From an uncultured Eubacteriales bacterium (GTDB lineage: Bacteria; Bacillota; Clostridia; Oscillospirales; CAG-272): 64,000 nucleotides of DNA. A program made the translations under genes and the position numbers. Of the stretch, positions 8,610-19,968 are shown piece by piece. The stretch lies in contig CAKRSS010000003.1 in assembly GCA_934401725.1 (NCBI GenBank), forward strand, positions 16,122 to 80,121, read 5' to 3'. Each line of letters starts with the position of its first letter. Within the stretch, counting starts at the first letter, position 1. The notes under the pieces are model-generated. The model did no database searches. It saw only the letters and a list, made by a program, of their open reading frames with translations, and was not told the DNA's origin.

Positions 8610-8712
8610 TGCAGTTTCACCTCGTATGTTTTTTGTTGTGTTTCATTGTACCACGCACCACGCGGTTTTACAAGGGGCTATTTGAAGGTTTAGTGAAAAT
8701 TTCAGCGGGTTG

Positions 8713-8741
8713 TTGACTTTTTGACGCCTGTATGGTATCAT
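8713..8741 (+). promoter_or_regulatory. Sigma-70-type promoter upstream of the HAD hydrolase gene
   Basis: TTGACT (8713-8718) is followed by a 17-nt spacer and then TATCAT (8736-8741), which has an extended-minus-10 TG at 8733-8734. Confidence 0.5.
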
Positions 8742-8804
8742 AATAGGGCGGTAGAGTGTAAAAAACGGACTCTACGCACAATAGAATTCCCGAAAGGCAC
8801 AGAT

Positions 8805-9485
8805 ATGACAGGCTTGAAAGACGTAAAAGGCGTGATTTTTGACTTCAACGGCACGTTGATCTTCGACTCGCACATTCACCGCGCGGTCTGGCGCGATTTT
8901 ATACCCGCCCACACCGGCCGGCACATAACCGACGACGAGGTCGACCGAAAAATGCTCGGCCGCGACAACGCGCACATACTTCACGACTATCTCGGCGAAA
9001 TTTCGGACGAAGAGACCGAGCGTCTCACCTACGAAAAGGAAGCCGAATACCGCCGCCGCTGTCTGACCGACCCCACGTTTCACCTCATAAGCGGAGCCGC
9101 CGCCTTTCTCGACCTTCTCAAAGAAAAGAAAGTGCCGGTGACAATCGCCACCGGCTCTGAAAGACTCAACATTGAGTTTTATTTTGAACATCTTGACCTT
9201 GCACGATGGTTTGACCCCGCCCGCGTGGTGTACGACGACGGTACCTTCCCCGGTAAGCCGGAACCCGACATATACCGTATCGCCGCGTCACGCTTAGGCC
9301 TCGCTACCCGTGAATGTCTCGTCTTTGAGGACTCCTTTTCGGGCATACGCGCCGCTCATAACGCCGGTATAGGGCACGTAGTGGCAGTCAGCGAGGTGTC
9401 TCCGGCACCGAATTACGAGTGCTCTGGGGGCGTTGACACAATTCTTCACAATTTTGACAACGCAGCCGAGCTGTTCGCTTTCTAA
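8805..9485 (+). CDS. HAD family hydrolase (beta-phosphoglucomutase-like subfamily IA)
   Basis: Motif I is DFNGTL. The sequence also contains TGSERL and a C-terminal FEDSFSGIRAAHNAG. The ATG at 8805 places motif I near the N-terminus. Confidence 0.8.
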   Translation: MTGLKDVKGVIFDFNGTLIFDSHIHRAVWRDFIPAHTGRHITDDEVDRKMLGRDNAHILHDYLGEISDEETERLTYEKEAEYRRRCLTDPTFHLISGAAAFLDLLKEKKVPVTIATGSERLNIEFYFEHLDLARWFDPARVVYDDGTFPGKPEPDIYRIAASRLGLATRECLVFEDSFSGIRAAHNAGIGHVVAVSEVSPAPNYECSGGVDTILHNFDNAAELFAF

Positions 9486-9493
9486 TTTGATTT

Positions 9494-10204
9494 TCAGCAT
9501 GGTACTATCGCTCCTTTGTGTTTTTCAAGAATTGAAATCAGTGTGTTTCTGATTATAAGCTGTCCCTTTTCGTTGGGATGGATGCCGTCCTCGCAGTAGA
9601 GATCGTCTATGCGGCGGTTGGCGAGAAACGCTCCTCGCAGATCGACGCAGACACAGCCGTTCTCGGCCGCGAGTCCCTCGATGGCGCGGGAGTAGTTCTC
9701 CTGATAACGGTAGATGGTGTTGGCGTCGCCCAGCCAGTGAAGGATGGCGTCGCGGTCGAGTCCGTCACGGCAGACCCAGTCGAGATACCGCTCGGGGCAG
9801 ACCGGCGGAAGCGTCGACATGACGGGGCTTATGCCGTGGTCGCGCAGTAGCTTTATCAGCTGACGGTAAATGTCGGTGAACTTGGAGATGGGGGTTTTAG
9901 GACTGTGCTCGTCGTCGGGACGCGCCGCAACCTCGGACCAGTCAAAGTCGGAGTCGTTGCCGCCCAGCTCGAGCATCACAGCGTCGCTGCGATTCCCCTT
10001 CTGAAGGTACTTGTCGACATAATCATAGCCCCGCTCGACGGTGCAACCGAAGCGCGACAGGTTTGTCACCTGAATGGAATACATCTGTGCAATGCTGTCC
10101 ACGCCGATGGTGTTGCTTATCGAATATTTACGTGTGCTGTTGTTCAGCACCACACCCCGGAGGATTGAATCCCCCATAATCGAGATGCTGTGGATGAGGT
10201 TCAT
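9494..10204 (-). CDS. SGNH/GDSL hydrolase family protein
   Basis: Block I is GDSI, block III is GGNDS, and block V is a C-terminal DGIHPN. Confidence 0.75.
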   Translation of the reverse strand: MNLIHSISIMGDSILRGVVLNNSTRKYSISNTIGVDSIAQMYSIQVTNLSRFGCTVERGYDYVDKYLQKGNRSDAVMLELGGNDSDFDWSEVAARPDDEHSPKTPISKFTDIYRQLIKLLRDHGISPVMSTLPPVCPERYLDWVCRDGLDRDAILHWLGDANTIYRYQENYSRAIEGLAAENGCVCVDLRGAFLANRRIDDLYCEDGIHPNEKGQLIIRNTLISILEKHKGAIVPC

Positions 10205-10408
10205 GGTACGCTCCCCTGCTTTTTGTGTTCTGACTGTATTATACCCCGCTCCGGCACGGTTTTCAACCTACTGTCAATTATTTGAGGCTACTACCTCATT
10301 TCACGCGGTAGAATCGCGGAAAATGTGCTCTACCTGCAGTAGAATCGGCCTCTCCCGGAGGGGGAAACGGGCGTCGCGCTCAAATTCTGAAGGTTTGGAA
10401 GGTGAAAG

Positions 10409-11257
10409 ATGACTGAAAACGACCTCAAGCAAAACATTGCCCGCAACATTGCGGCGTTGCGTCGTGCCTACAACATGACGCAGGCGGAGCTCGCCGAAAA
10501 GCTGAGCTACTCCGACAAGTCCATATCAAAATGGGAACGCGGGGACGGTCTGCCCGACGTCTTTGTCCTGACCAAGATTGCTTCTCTTTTCGGCGTCACC
10601 GTCAACGACCTGCTTGCCCGCGAAACTCCCGAACCGCAAACGCCTGCCCCAGTGCAGAAAAGCATTTTGCGCTCGCGTCACTCGCTCATCACCGCGCTGT
10701 CGGTAGGGCTTGTGTGGTTCGTGGCAGCGCTGGTTTTCTTCTTCATAAAGGTGTTCGTGCCCGAGTCGCCATGGGCGTGGATGGTGTTCGTTTATGCGCT
10801 GCCCGCCGCATCGACTGTGCTCGTGGTGTTCATGCATCTGTGGTGGAAGATCATTCCGCAGTGCCTGTCGGTGAGCCTGCTCGTCTGGAGCATTGCAGTC
10901 TGCGTCCACTTAACAGCTGTATTACCCGGCGTGCGGAACGTCACTATGATATATGTGGCGGCAGGCGTGTTCCAGGTGCTGGTGATACTGTGGTACGCCT
11001 ATCAGTACGTGCGGCTGAAGTGGCACCTCACCTTCCGTCCCGGCAAGTCCGGAGCGGACTCCGCCAAGGCGGCAAAGGAGCAGAACAGCTCCACTGACAG
11101 TGAGTCTGTGGCCGACAGCGCGTCGGCTGACCATGCGGCAACCGCTACCGTGGCCATGTCCGCAGATGACAGCAAGTCGTCCGCTCCCGCCTCCCCCGCC
11201 CCGGAGCGCTCCGACAAAGAGCCGTCGCGCAGGGACGCCGACAAGAAAAAGCAATAA
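10409..11257 (+). CDS. Membrane-anchored XRE-family helix-turn-helix transcriptional regulator
   Basis: The N-terminal HTH_3 is IAALRRAYNMTQAELAEKLSYSDKSISKWERGDGLPD. It is followed by about 4 TM helices and a low-complexity tail. Confidence 0.75.
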   Translation: MTENDLKQNIARNIAALRRAYNMTQAELAEKLSYSDKSISKWERGDGLPDVFVLTKIASLFGVTVNDLLARETPEPQTPAPVQKSILRSRHSLITALSVGLVWFVAALVFFFIKVFVPESPWAWMVFVYALPAASTVLVVFMHLWWKIIPQCLSVSLLVWSIAVCVHLTAVLPGVRNVTMIYVAAGVFQVLVILWYAYQYVRLKWHLTFRPGKSGADSAKAAKEQNSSTDSESVADSASADHAATATVAMSADDSKSSAPASPAPERSDKEPSRRDADKKKQ

Positions 11258-11287
11258 GCATGTTATATTAGAAAGGAAAATCACGAA

Positions 11288-12736
11288 ATGAAAAAGTTTG
11301 TCTGCCTGCTGGCGTTCGTCTTGTGCTTTGTGATGCTGTTCGCAGCCTGCAACAACGACGTGCCGAACCCCTCAGACACTACAACACCCGCCGAGTCCCA
11401 AGGCTCCGTAACCGAGCCCGGCTCCAATGGCTCCGACACCTCCGGAACGTCAGAAACCACTGTTCCGACCGACAATGACGGCGTCGTTGCTTCGGACGGC
11501 AAAACCGAATTCACGCTCATCCGCGCCGATCAGATGGAGCAGACGCTTGTCAACTGCGCCAGCGAGCTGCGCACAAAAATCGCCACTGGCTACAACGTTC
11601 AGCTGTCTATCAAATCCGACTGGGTAAAGGGGCTTGGAAAAGACGAGTCCGTCGAAAACAATGAGCGCGAAATCCTCGTTGGCCACACCAACCGTAAGGA
11701 AAGCCGCGACGTTCTCGCAACGCTGAAGGAAAATCAGTACGTCGTCAAGTGGGTCGGCTACAAGCTGGTCATCACCGGCTACGACGACTACGCCGCCGCA
11801 ACCGCCGTCAAGGCGTTCATGGAGAAGTACGTCGCCGGCGGCGACAAGCTGGTCTTCCCCGCAGACGAGGTAATGACCGGCACGGCTTCCGTTCAGAAAG
11901 TCTACCTCACCAAGAATGCAGACTTCCGAGTCATGTCCTACAACCTCGCAGGAACCACCAAGGAGTACAGCACCCGCAGGGCTTACATCGCCGAGTCCAT
12001 TCTCTACTACCTGCCCGACGTTATCGGCTTCCAGGAATGCAACGCAACCGTCCATAAGGATATACTGTCCGGCAGCCTGATTTCGAAATACTACGCCACC
12101 AATATCCGCCAGCATTCCAACGGCTCTACATACAACTACACGCCTATCCTCTACCTCAAGACAAAGTACAACAACCTCGAGTCCGGCGTGACGTTCCTGC
12201 GCAGCCGCTATACCGGCACAAACACAAAGTCCATTTCGTGGGCAGTGCTCGAGCGCAAGTCTGACGGGCAGCGCTTCATCGTGGTCAACATGCACGGCTC
12301 GCTGTGGTCGACCGACTACAAGCTCCCCGCAGGCGAGACTCACGATACCATGAAGGCCAAGGCCGCGTACGAATGGAAGATTGACAACGCAAAAGAGATG
12401 ATCGACAAGATCGCCGAGCTGCAGGCGAAGTACGGCGCGCTACCCGCATTCACCACGGGCGACTACAACTTCAATGTAAATCACGATGCCTATAAGGTCA
12501 CAATGCAGTCGACAGGACTTGCGTCGTCGCGCGAAGTCGCCAAGACCTCAGACTCCGGCGGCTCTTATCACAATGAAATCGGCACAAAGCCCCCCGCCTC
12601 CGGACTTCCCATCGACCACATCTTCTTCTTCCCCAACCAGACGGACGTGTTCTGCTACAAGATCGGCACAACCGAAACCGACCTCAATTCCACCGACCAC
12701 TGCCCCGTCTACGCTGATTTCAAGCTGGCGAAATAG
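11288..12736 (+). CDS. Secreted lipoprotein with a C-terminal endonuclease/exonuclease/phosphatase (EEP) domain
   Basis: The signal peptide carries a lipobox (LFAAC). EEP motifs are present (RVMSYNL, VIGFQECN, VVNMHG, PIDHIFF, STDHCPVYADF). The N-terminal ~110-aa module is shared with the genes at 35684 and 39816. Confidence 0.75.
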   Translation: MKKFVCLLAFVLCFVMLFAACNNDVPNPSDTTTPAESQGSVTEPGSNGSDTSGTSETTVPTDNDGVVASDGKTEFTLIRADQMEQTLVNCASELRTKIATGYNVQLSIKSDWVKGLGKDESVENNEREILVGHTNRKESRDVLATLKENQYVVKWVGYKLVITGYDDYAAATAVKAFMEKYVAGGDKLVFPADEVMTGTASVQKVYLTKNADFRVMSYNLAGTTKEYSTRRAYIAESILYYLPDVIGFQECNATVHKDILSGSLISKYYATNIRQHSNGSTYNYTPILYLKTKYNNLESGVTFLRSRYTGTNTKSISWAVLERKSDGQRFIVVNMHGSLWSTDYKLPAGETHDTMKAKAAYEWKIDNAKEMIDKIAELQAKYGALPAFTTGDYNFNVNHDAYKVTMQSTGLASSREVAKTSDSGGSYHNEIGTKPPASGLPIDHIFFFPNQTDVFCYKIGTTETDLNSTDHCPVYADFKLAK

Positions 12737-12815
12737 TCGGCTTTGCATAACGATTTCGGCGTGATTTGAGCACGGTTTTGATGCGATTGAAAAACGACTT
12801 CAAAGCGAAATCAAT

Positions 12816-12850
12816 GAAAAAATGCCGCGGCATGTGCCGCGGCATTTTTT
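12816..12850. terminator. Bidirectional rho-independent terminator
   Basis: The sequence aaaaaatgccgcggcatgtgccgcggcatttttt is a perfect palindrome with a 4-nt loop. It lies between convergent genes. Confidence 0.85.
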
Positions 12851-12873
12851 CATTGATATAACCGTCTGCGTCG

Positions 12874-14235
12874 TCAAACAACTCCGCCGCGCGCCAATAT
12901 CTCGTGACGCACACGGTCGGCGGGGACATCGCGCAGCGGGGTTCCGGTTCTCCGGGCTATGTCGGCCGCAATGCCGACAGCCTCGCCCATGGCAAAGCAG
13001 GGCGGCATCACGCGCACGGCTCCCATCGCCTCACGGTCAGCCGACAGGCAGCGCCCGGCCATGCCGAGGTTGTCAAAGCCGCGCGCAATGAGACTGCGGA
13101 GCGGAATGTTGTAATCCGACTGCCCCGTGACGGGCTGATAGTGCACGGTGTTGCTCTTGTGTATGTCAACGGAATTCGAGCAGAGCACGACGCCGTCCTC
13201 AAACATACGGCCGCTCATAATGTCGCTGCCGAGCAGGACATACTCGCCGACAATGCGGCGGCTCTCGCGTACGCCAAGCGCCGGTGCAGTCTCGACAAGG
13301 TAGCAGTTCTCAAGCCCCGGAATGTGGCGGCGCAAAAACTCAACTATGCGCGGAATCTGCGCGCGCTGCGAAATTTCAGCCGCGGTGACGACCTCGGGGT
13401 CAAGCGAGTTTATATTCTCGTCTATCTGCGCCATGTTGACGTACCATCGGCCGTCGGTGTTCTCGAATATACGCAGCTTCTGCGTGCCGCAGGGGAACTC
13501 GCCGGTGCGCTGTCCATCGGCGATAACGTCCATGAAAAAGCGCGCGCGCATCTCGGAGTGCTCCGACATGTAGCTGTCAAGCGCCGCCTTATCAACACCA
13601 GCAATGGAGAAAAACATGGACGCCGTCTGAACCTCGCCCTGCTCGTCGCCGTAGAGCGTCTCGGCTCCGGCACAGTGCGCAAGCGCGGCGTCGCCGGTCG
13701 CGTCTATCATGACAGAGGCCGAAATCCGATATATGCCCGCCTTGGTCGAGACGTAGGCAGATGTGATGTGCCGGTCGCCGCCGGGCGTCAACGCCGTGTC
13801 GACAGACACCAGCCGCGCGTGGTACAGCAGCTCAACGCCCGCCTCGATGCACATGCTCTCCGATACACGCTTGAAGGACTCGATGTTGTAGGGAATGACG
13901 CCGACATGCCCGCGCGTGCGGTAGCCGCAGTATGAGTTGCCACCCATGCACTCGCGCCAACCGATAGCGCCGCCGTCGCGCTCCATGCGTTCCACAAGTT
14001 CGTCATAAATGCCCTTGATTATCTGACGCTTGCCGCGCACGTCGAGACAGGTCATGAAGGTGCCGATAAGCCCGGCCGTCGCCGTGCCGCCGAGGTAGCC
14101 TTCCGTCTCAATGAGCAGCGTACGCGCCCCGCTCCTTGCGGACGCAATAGCCGCGCCGATTCCGGCGCACCCGCCGCCGCAGACCAGCACGTCGCAGTCA
14201 AGCCGACGGACTACAGGCAGAGTTATCTGTTCCAT
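12874..14235 (-). CDS. FAD-dependent oxidoreductase
   Basis: An N-terminal dinucleotide-binding motif is present (DVLVCGGGCAGIGAAIASARSGARTLLIE). Confidence 0.7.
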   Translation of the reverse strand: MEQITLPVVRRLDCDVLVCGGGCAGIGAAIASARSGARTLLIETEGYLGGTATAGLIGTFMTCLDVRGKRQIIKGIYDELVERMERDGGAIGWRECMGGNSYCGYRTRGHVGVIPYNIESFKRVSESMCIEAGVELLYHARLVSVDTALTPGGDRHITSAYVSTKAGIYRISASVMIDATGDAALAHCAGAETLYGDEQGEVQTASMFFSIAGVDKAALDSYMSEHSEMRARFFMDVIADGQRTGEFPCGTQKLRIFENTDGRWYVNMAQIDENINSLDPEVVTAAEISQRAQIPRIVEFLRRHIPGLENCYLVETAPALGVRESRRIVGEYVLLGSDIMSGRMFEDGVVLCSNSVDIHKSNTVHYQPVTGQSDYNIPLRSLIARGFDNLGMAGRCLSADREAMGAVRVMPPCFAMGEAVGIAADIARRTGTPLRDVPADRVRHEILARGGVV

Positions 14236-14446
14236 GATTCATCCTCCGAATTGTTAAAATATTAGCCAAATCAAACGTTTGTAACTTAAGGGTTTACGTA
14301 AACAAAACGCGCGACACCGCGCGCCTTAGCTGACTTTCAGGTGGGCGGACACTTGCATCCACTTGCATCCACTCGCGTCCACTTGCGATTCGCGCCCGAC
14401 TTCCCTTTCTCCACCGCGCGCTCCCACTCACTCAAACCTCTTCTCC

Positions 14447-14523
14447 GAAAGTTTTTGCGGGTTCCAATGGGGGCTTTTTTCAAAAAGCTCCCTTGGCGGG
14501 GTTCGGGGCAACGCCCCGAGCGC
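14447..14523 (+). repeat. Family-1 double-hairpin intergenic repeat, copy D
   Basis: The sequence is gaaagtttttgcgggttccaatgggggcttttttcaaaaagctcccttggcggggttcggggcaacgccccgagcgc. Confidence 0.85.
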
Positions 14524-14674
14524 AATCGTCCTCCGCTCACTATCCCCCATTCCGAATGGGCACCGGACGCGAAGCATGGCGGTGCTGAACTACAACGTGA
14601 TGCCGTAACATCTGCGCTTAAACGCCCAAAACCGTACGTCCCGGCGTCTCGCAGCCCCTGCCACGCCCCTTTTT

Positions 14675-14754
14675 GAAAGTTTTTGCGGGATTCTTAAGGG
14701 CGCTTTTTTCAAAAAGCGCCCTTAAGCGGGGTCTGGGGCAGCGCCCCGAAAACC
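14675..14754 (+). repeat. Family-1 double-hairpin intergenic repeat, copy E (abuts the yebC stop codon)
   Basis: The sequence is gaaagtttttgcgggattcttaagggcgcttttttcaaaaagcgcccttaagcggggtctggggcagcgccccgaaaacc. Confidence 0.9.
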
Positions 14755-15483
14755 TTAATCGCAGTTCTCCCAGTTGTGGAAGACGTTAATGACGTCGTCG
14801 TTGTCCTCGAGGTTATCTAGCAGGAGGTTCATGTGCTTGATGTCGTCCTCGTTCTCGAGGGTGACGTAGGTGGACGGAATCTTATCCATCTCGGCGGACT
14901 CAATCTTGTACCCGGCCGCCTCAAGCGCGTCACGGACAGAGTAAAGATCGTCCGGCTCGGTGTAAATCTCGAAGGTCTCCTCGTCGGAAACAAAATCGGA
15001 AGCTCCGGCCTCGAGCGCTGTCTCCATCAGCGCATCCTCACTCTTGACGTCCTCGCGCAGAACAACTATCACACCCTTGTCCGAGAACAGAAAGCCCACG
15101 CAGCCGACCTGACCCATGTTGCCGCCGAACTTGTCGAAGAAGTGGCGAACCTCGCCGGCGGTGCGGTTGCGGTTGTCCGTCGTCGCCTCGACGATGACGG
15201 CAATTCCGCAGGGACCGTAGCCTTCGTATGTCACTTTTTCGTAATTTACGCTGTCAGAACCCATCGCTTTTTTGATTATGCGATCAATATTGTCGTTGGG
15301 AACGTTGTTTGCCTTGGCCTTGGAAATAAGGTCGCGCAGCTTGGAGTTGGAGGCAGGGTCGCCGCCGCCGGCCTTGACCGCAAGCGCAATCTCCTTGCCT
15401 ATCTTGGTGAATACGTTGGCGCGCTGAGCGTCTGTCTTCTCTTTTTTGTGCTTGATGTTAGCCCATTTGCTGTGTCCGGACAT
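14755..15483 (-). CDS. yebC: YebC/PmpR family DNA-binding transcriptional regulator
   Basis: The N-terminus MSGHSKWANIKHKKEKTDAQR is diagnostic, and the full-length family pattern is present. Confidence 0.95.
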   Translation of the reverse strand: MSGHSKWANIKHKKEKTDAQRANVFTKIGKEIALAVKAGGGDPASNSKLRDLISKAKANNVPNDNIDRIIKKAMGSDSVNYEKVTYEGYGPCGIAVIVEATTDNRNRTAGEVRHFFDKFGGNMGQVGCVGFLFSDKGVIVVLREDVKSEDALMETALEAGASDFVSDEETFEIYTEPDDLYSVRDALEAAGYKIESAEMDKIPSTYVTLENEDDIKHMNLLLDNLEDNDDVINVFHNWENCD

Positions 15484-15507
15484 AGTTAATACCTCATATA
15501 TAAATAA

Positions 15508-17256
<1,749 letters not shown>

Positions 17257-17351
17257 ATGTCTTTCCGTTCCTTTGCGGCGTGCGCATCACGCACACGCAA
17301 ATGCAATTATTTTTTAGTGGTATTACTCTTGATTTGTGACGCCAAAACCGA

Positions 17352-17822
17352 TTATCTTGTCAGGTGGCAAACAGTCGCCCCGAGAAACGCCACGATCTCG
17401 GCGCGGTCGAGCAGCAGCTGCGCGCCCTTCATTCCGGCACTGAGCGTTATCCTGTCGTGGGACAGCGCCGAGTCGTCAATGTAGGTTGGAAACGCCTTCT
17501 TCATGCCGATGGGCGACACCCCGCCGCGCACGTATCCGGTGATTCCCGGCAAATCCTTGACGTGCAAAAGCTCGAGCGACTTGTTGCCGCTCGCCGTGGC
17601 GGCCGCCTTTAAGTCAAGCTCGGCCGCACATGGAATGCAGAACACCACCACGCCGTGGCGGTCTCCGCGCGCCGCGAGAGTTTTGAAAACCATGTCCTGC
17701 GGCAGGCCTATCTGGGCGGCGACATGCACGCCTGAAAGGTCGTTTTCGTCCGGGACGTACTCGCAGACGGTGTACTGTATTTTTGCCGTATCGAGACGGC
17801 GCATAGCGTTTGTTTTATTCAT
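17352..17822 (-). CDS. ybaK: Cys-tRNA(Pro)/Cys-tRNA(Cys) deacylase YbaK
   Basis: The sequence contains NAMRRLDTAKIQY, KTLAARGD and GYVRGGVSPIG. The ATG at 17822 overlaps the recN stop by 8 nt. The ORF-track start at 17891 lies inside recN. Confidence 0.85.
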   Translation of the reverse strand: MNKTNAMRRLDTAKIQYTVCEYVPDENDLSGVHVAAQIGLPQDMVFKTLAARGDRHGVVVFCIPCAAELDLKAAATASGNKSLELLHVKDLPGITGYVRGGVSPIGMKKAFPTYIDDSALSHDRITLSAGMKGAQLLLDRAEIVAFLGATVCHLTR

Positions 17823-19473
17823 GCTCAAGCAGCTCCCTTGCAGCCTCGCACTGCTTTTCGGTAATGTTGATTCCGCCGAGGATGCGCGCAATTTCGTGAA
17901 CGCGCTCGTCCCCGCTTATCGCTCTGACCGACGTCTCGGCGCGCCCGCCGGACTCGCCCTTTGAGATGAGCAGGTGCCGGTCGGCCAACGACGCAATCTG
18001 CGCCGAGTGCGTCACGCACAGAACCTGCGCGCCACGCGACAGCTCGTGCAGCTTAACGCCGACCTTGCGCGAGGTCTTGCCCGAAATTCCGGCGTCGACC
18101 TCGTCGAATATCATTGTGTCGATTCCGTCGTTCTCGGACAGCACGCATTTGAGCGCCAGCATGACGCGCGACAGCTCGCCACCCGACGCCGTTTTGGCCA
18201 GCGGGACGGGGTCCTCGCCGGGATTGGCCGCGATCATGAACTCGACGGCGTCGCAGCCGTCGGCTCCCGGCTCGCAGGGGCTCACGTCGATGCCGAACCG
18301 CACGCCCGGCATGTCGAGGTAGGCGAGAATTTCGCACACGCGCCCCGCGGCCTCGACCGCGGCGGCACGACGCAGCTTTGTCAGCCGTGCGCCGAGCTCC
18401 CGGACACGTCCCGCAGCCTCCGCAATAAGCGTCTCAAGCTCGGCGGCGCGCGCATCGGAATTATCGAGCGCGTCAAGCCTTGCCGCCGCGTCATCGCGGA
18501 AGGCGCGTACGGTGGGAATGTCCGCCCCGTACTTGCGCTCGAGGCGGCCTATCAGATCAAGGCGGCTCTCGATTTTATCGAGCATGGCGGTTGGGTCGCC
18601 GTCGAAATCGTCGGTATAGCCGTGGGCGGTCGAGGCGACGTCCTCGACCTCGTAGCGGCAGTTTTCCAGCCGCACTGCAAGCTCTGCCGCTTCGGGAATG
18701 ACGCCCGACAGCTGCTCAAGCGCGCTCTGCGCGCGCTGAAGCAGCACGGCGACCGAGCCTTTTTCGCTCGCGTAAAGCGCGCGATAGGCGAAATCGGCCT
18801 GTTTTTTTATCTTTTCGGCGCTCTGGAGCCGCAGGCGCGCGGCCGAAAGCTCCTCTTCCTCGCCCGCTTTGAGGCGCGCGCCGTCAATTTCCTTTATCTG
18901 ATACTCAAGTATGTCGCGCAGGCGCATTTTTTCGGCCTCGTTGCGGCGCAGGTTACGCAACTCGTCGTCGAGGGCGCGCCAGTTGCCGTAGGCCTCGCGG
19001 TAGGCGGCAAGCTGCGATGCGGTGCCCGCGTAGGCGTCGAGCAGGCGTATGTGGTACGACCGCTGAAGCAGGCGCTGGTTGTCGTGCTGGCCGTGTATTG
19101 TTATCAGCGTTCTGCCGACCTCGCGCAGCATCGCCGCCGTGACGGTCTGCCCGTTTATGCGCGCGCTCGACCGTCCGTCGGCCGACACGCTGCGGCAAAG
19201 CAGGACGCCGTCCTCGTGCTCTATTCCGTAATCGTCGAGCAGTGCGCAGGTTGACGCGCCGGGACGGTCGAAAAGCGCCGTTACCGTCGCGCGATCCTCA
19301 CCGGCGCGTATCAGCTCGCGCGGCGCGCGGCTGCCGAGCAGCAGGCCGATGCTGTCGATAATAATCGACTTGCCCGCGCCCGTCTCGCCCGTCAGCACGC
19401 AGAAGCCGTCCGAAAACTCGATGTCCGCCTGCTTTATCACCGCGACGTTGACAATCTGAAGTGACCTTAGCAT
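17815..19473 (-). CDS. recN: DNA repair protein RecN
   Basis: The sequence shows a Walker A motif (LTGETGAGKS), a long coiled-coil middle, and C-terminal ASGGELSRVMLALK and FDEVDAGISG. Confidence 0.95.
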   Translation of the reverse strand: MLRSLQIVNVAVIKQADIEFSDGFCVLTGETGAGKSIIIDSIGLLLGSRAPRELIRAGEDRATVTALFDRPGASTCALLDDYGIEHEDGVLLCRSVSADGRSSARINGQTVTAAMLREVGRTLITIHGQHDNQRLLQRSYHIRLLDAYAGTASQLAAYREAYGNWRALDDELRNLRRNEAEKMRLRDILEYQIKEIDGARLKAGEEEELSAARLRLQSAEKIKKQADFAYRALYASEKGSVAVLLQRAQSALEQLSGVIPEAAELAVRLENCRYEVEDVASTAHGYTDDFDGDPTAMLDKIESRLDLIGRLERKYGADIPTVRAFRDDAAARLDALDNSDARAAELETLIAEAAGRVRELGARLTKLRRAAAVEAAGRVCEILAYLDMPGVRFGIDVSPCEPGADGCDAVEFMIAANPGEDPVPLAKTASGGELSRVMLALKCVLSENDGIDTMIFDEVDAGISGKTSRKVGVKLHELSRGAQVLCVTHSAQIASLADRHLLISKGESGGRAETSVRAISGDERVHEIARILGGINITEKQCEAARELLEHE

Positions 19474-19480
19474 ATTGCCC

Positions 19481-19942
19481 TCAAACTATCAGCATCTGCT
19501 TGCGGAAACCGTCGCAGAACGACCGCGCCAGCTCCTCGCTGCGCGCGACAACGATGATGGTATCGTCGCCGCCGACGCAGCCGAGGATGTCCTGCTTCTG
19601 CGCCGAGTCGATGCCGGAGGCCACCGCCTGAGCCATGCCGGGGTAGGTATTTATTACAATAATGTTGTTTACGTGGTCTATACGGGTGATGGCGTTTATC
19701 AGCGTTTCGTTGAGCCGTGTCACGCCGCCGTCATCGCCGCCGCTGCCGCGCGGAATGACGTAACGGTAAACGCCCTCCGCCGTCTGAACCTTGGTCAGCT
19801 TAAGCTGTCTTATGTCGCGCGAGACCGTCGCCTGAGTAACACTGTAGCCGAGCTCACGCAGACGGTTTATCAGCTCGTCCTGCGTCTGTATAGCCTCCTC
19901 GGACACCAGCTTGAGAATTTCCTCTTGTCTTGTTGCCTTCAT
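19481..19942 (-). CDS. argR: Arginine repressor
   Basis: A winged-helix N-terminus is present (RQEEILKLVSEEAIQTQDELINRLRELGYSVTQATVSRDIRQLKL). The C-terminus has GCVGGDDTIIVVARS. Confidence 0.92.
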   Translation of the reverse strand: MKATRQEEILKLVSEEAIQTQDELINRLRELGYSVTQATVSRDIRQLKLTKVQTAEGVYRYVIPRGSGGDDGGVTRLNETLINAITRIDHVNNIIVINTYPGMAQAVASGIDSAQKQDILGCVGGDDTIIVVARSEELARSFCDGFRKQMLIV

Positions 19943-19968
19943 TTATGCTTTACCCAGCCTTTCTTTTT

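Noticed and set aside
14351-14390. A 10-bp tandem repeat, acttgcatcc, in four units of which two are perfect.
   Set aside because: - It is very short and degenerate.
- It sits in a repeat-rich non-coding spacer.
- Nothing supports a function beyond slippage.
7264-14754. The possibility that the recurring ~80-bp and ~50-bp repeats are CRISPR arrays.
   Set aside because: - The copies are not regularly spaced.
- They occur in both orientations and are scattered over 40 kb.
- There are no uniform-length spacers and no cas genes in the window.
17257-17351. A T-box leader or attenuator upstream of argS.
   Set aside because: - The spacer is only about 95 nt, too short for a T-box.
- No specifier-loop or T-box consensus was recognised.
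- Only a weak 5-bp hairpin is present.
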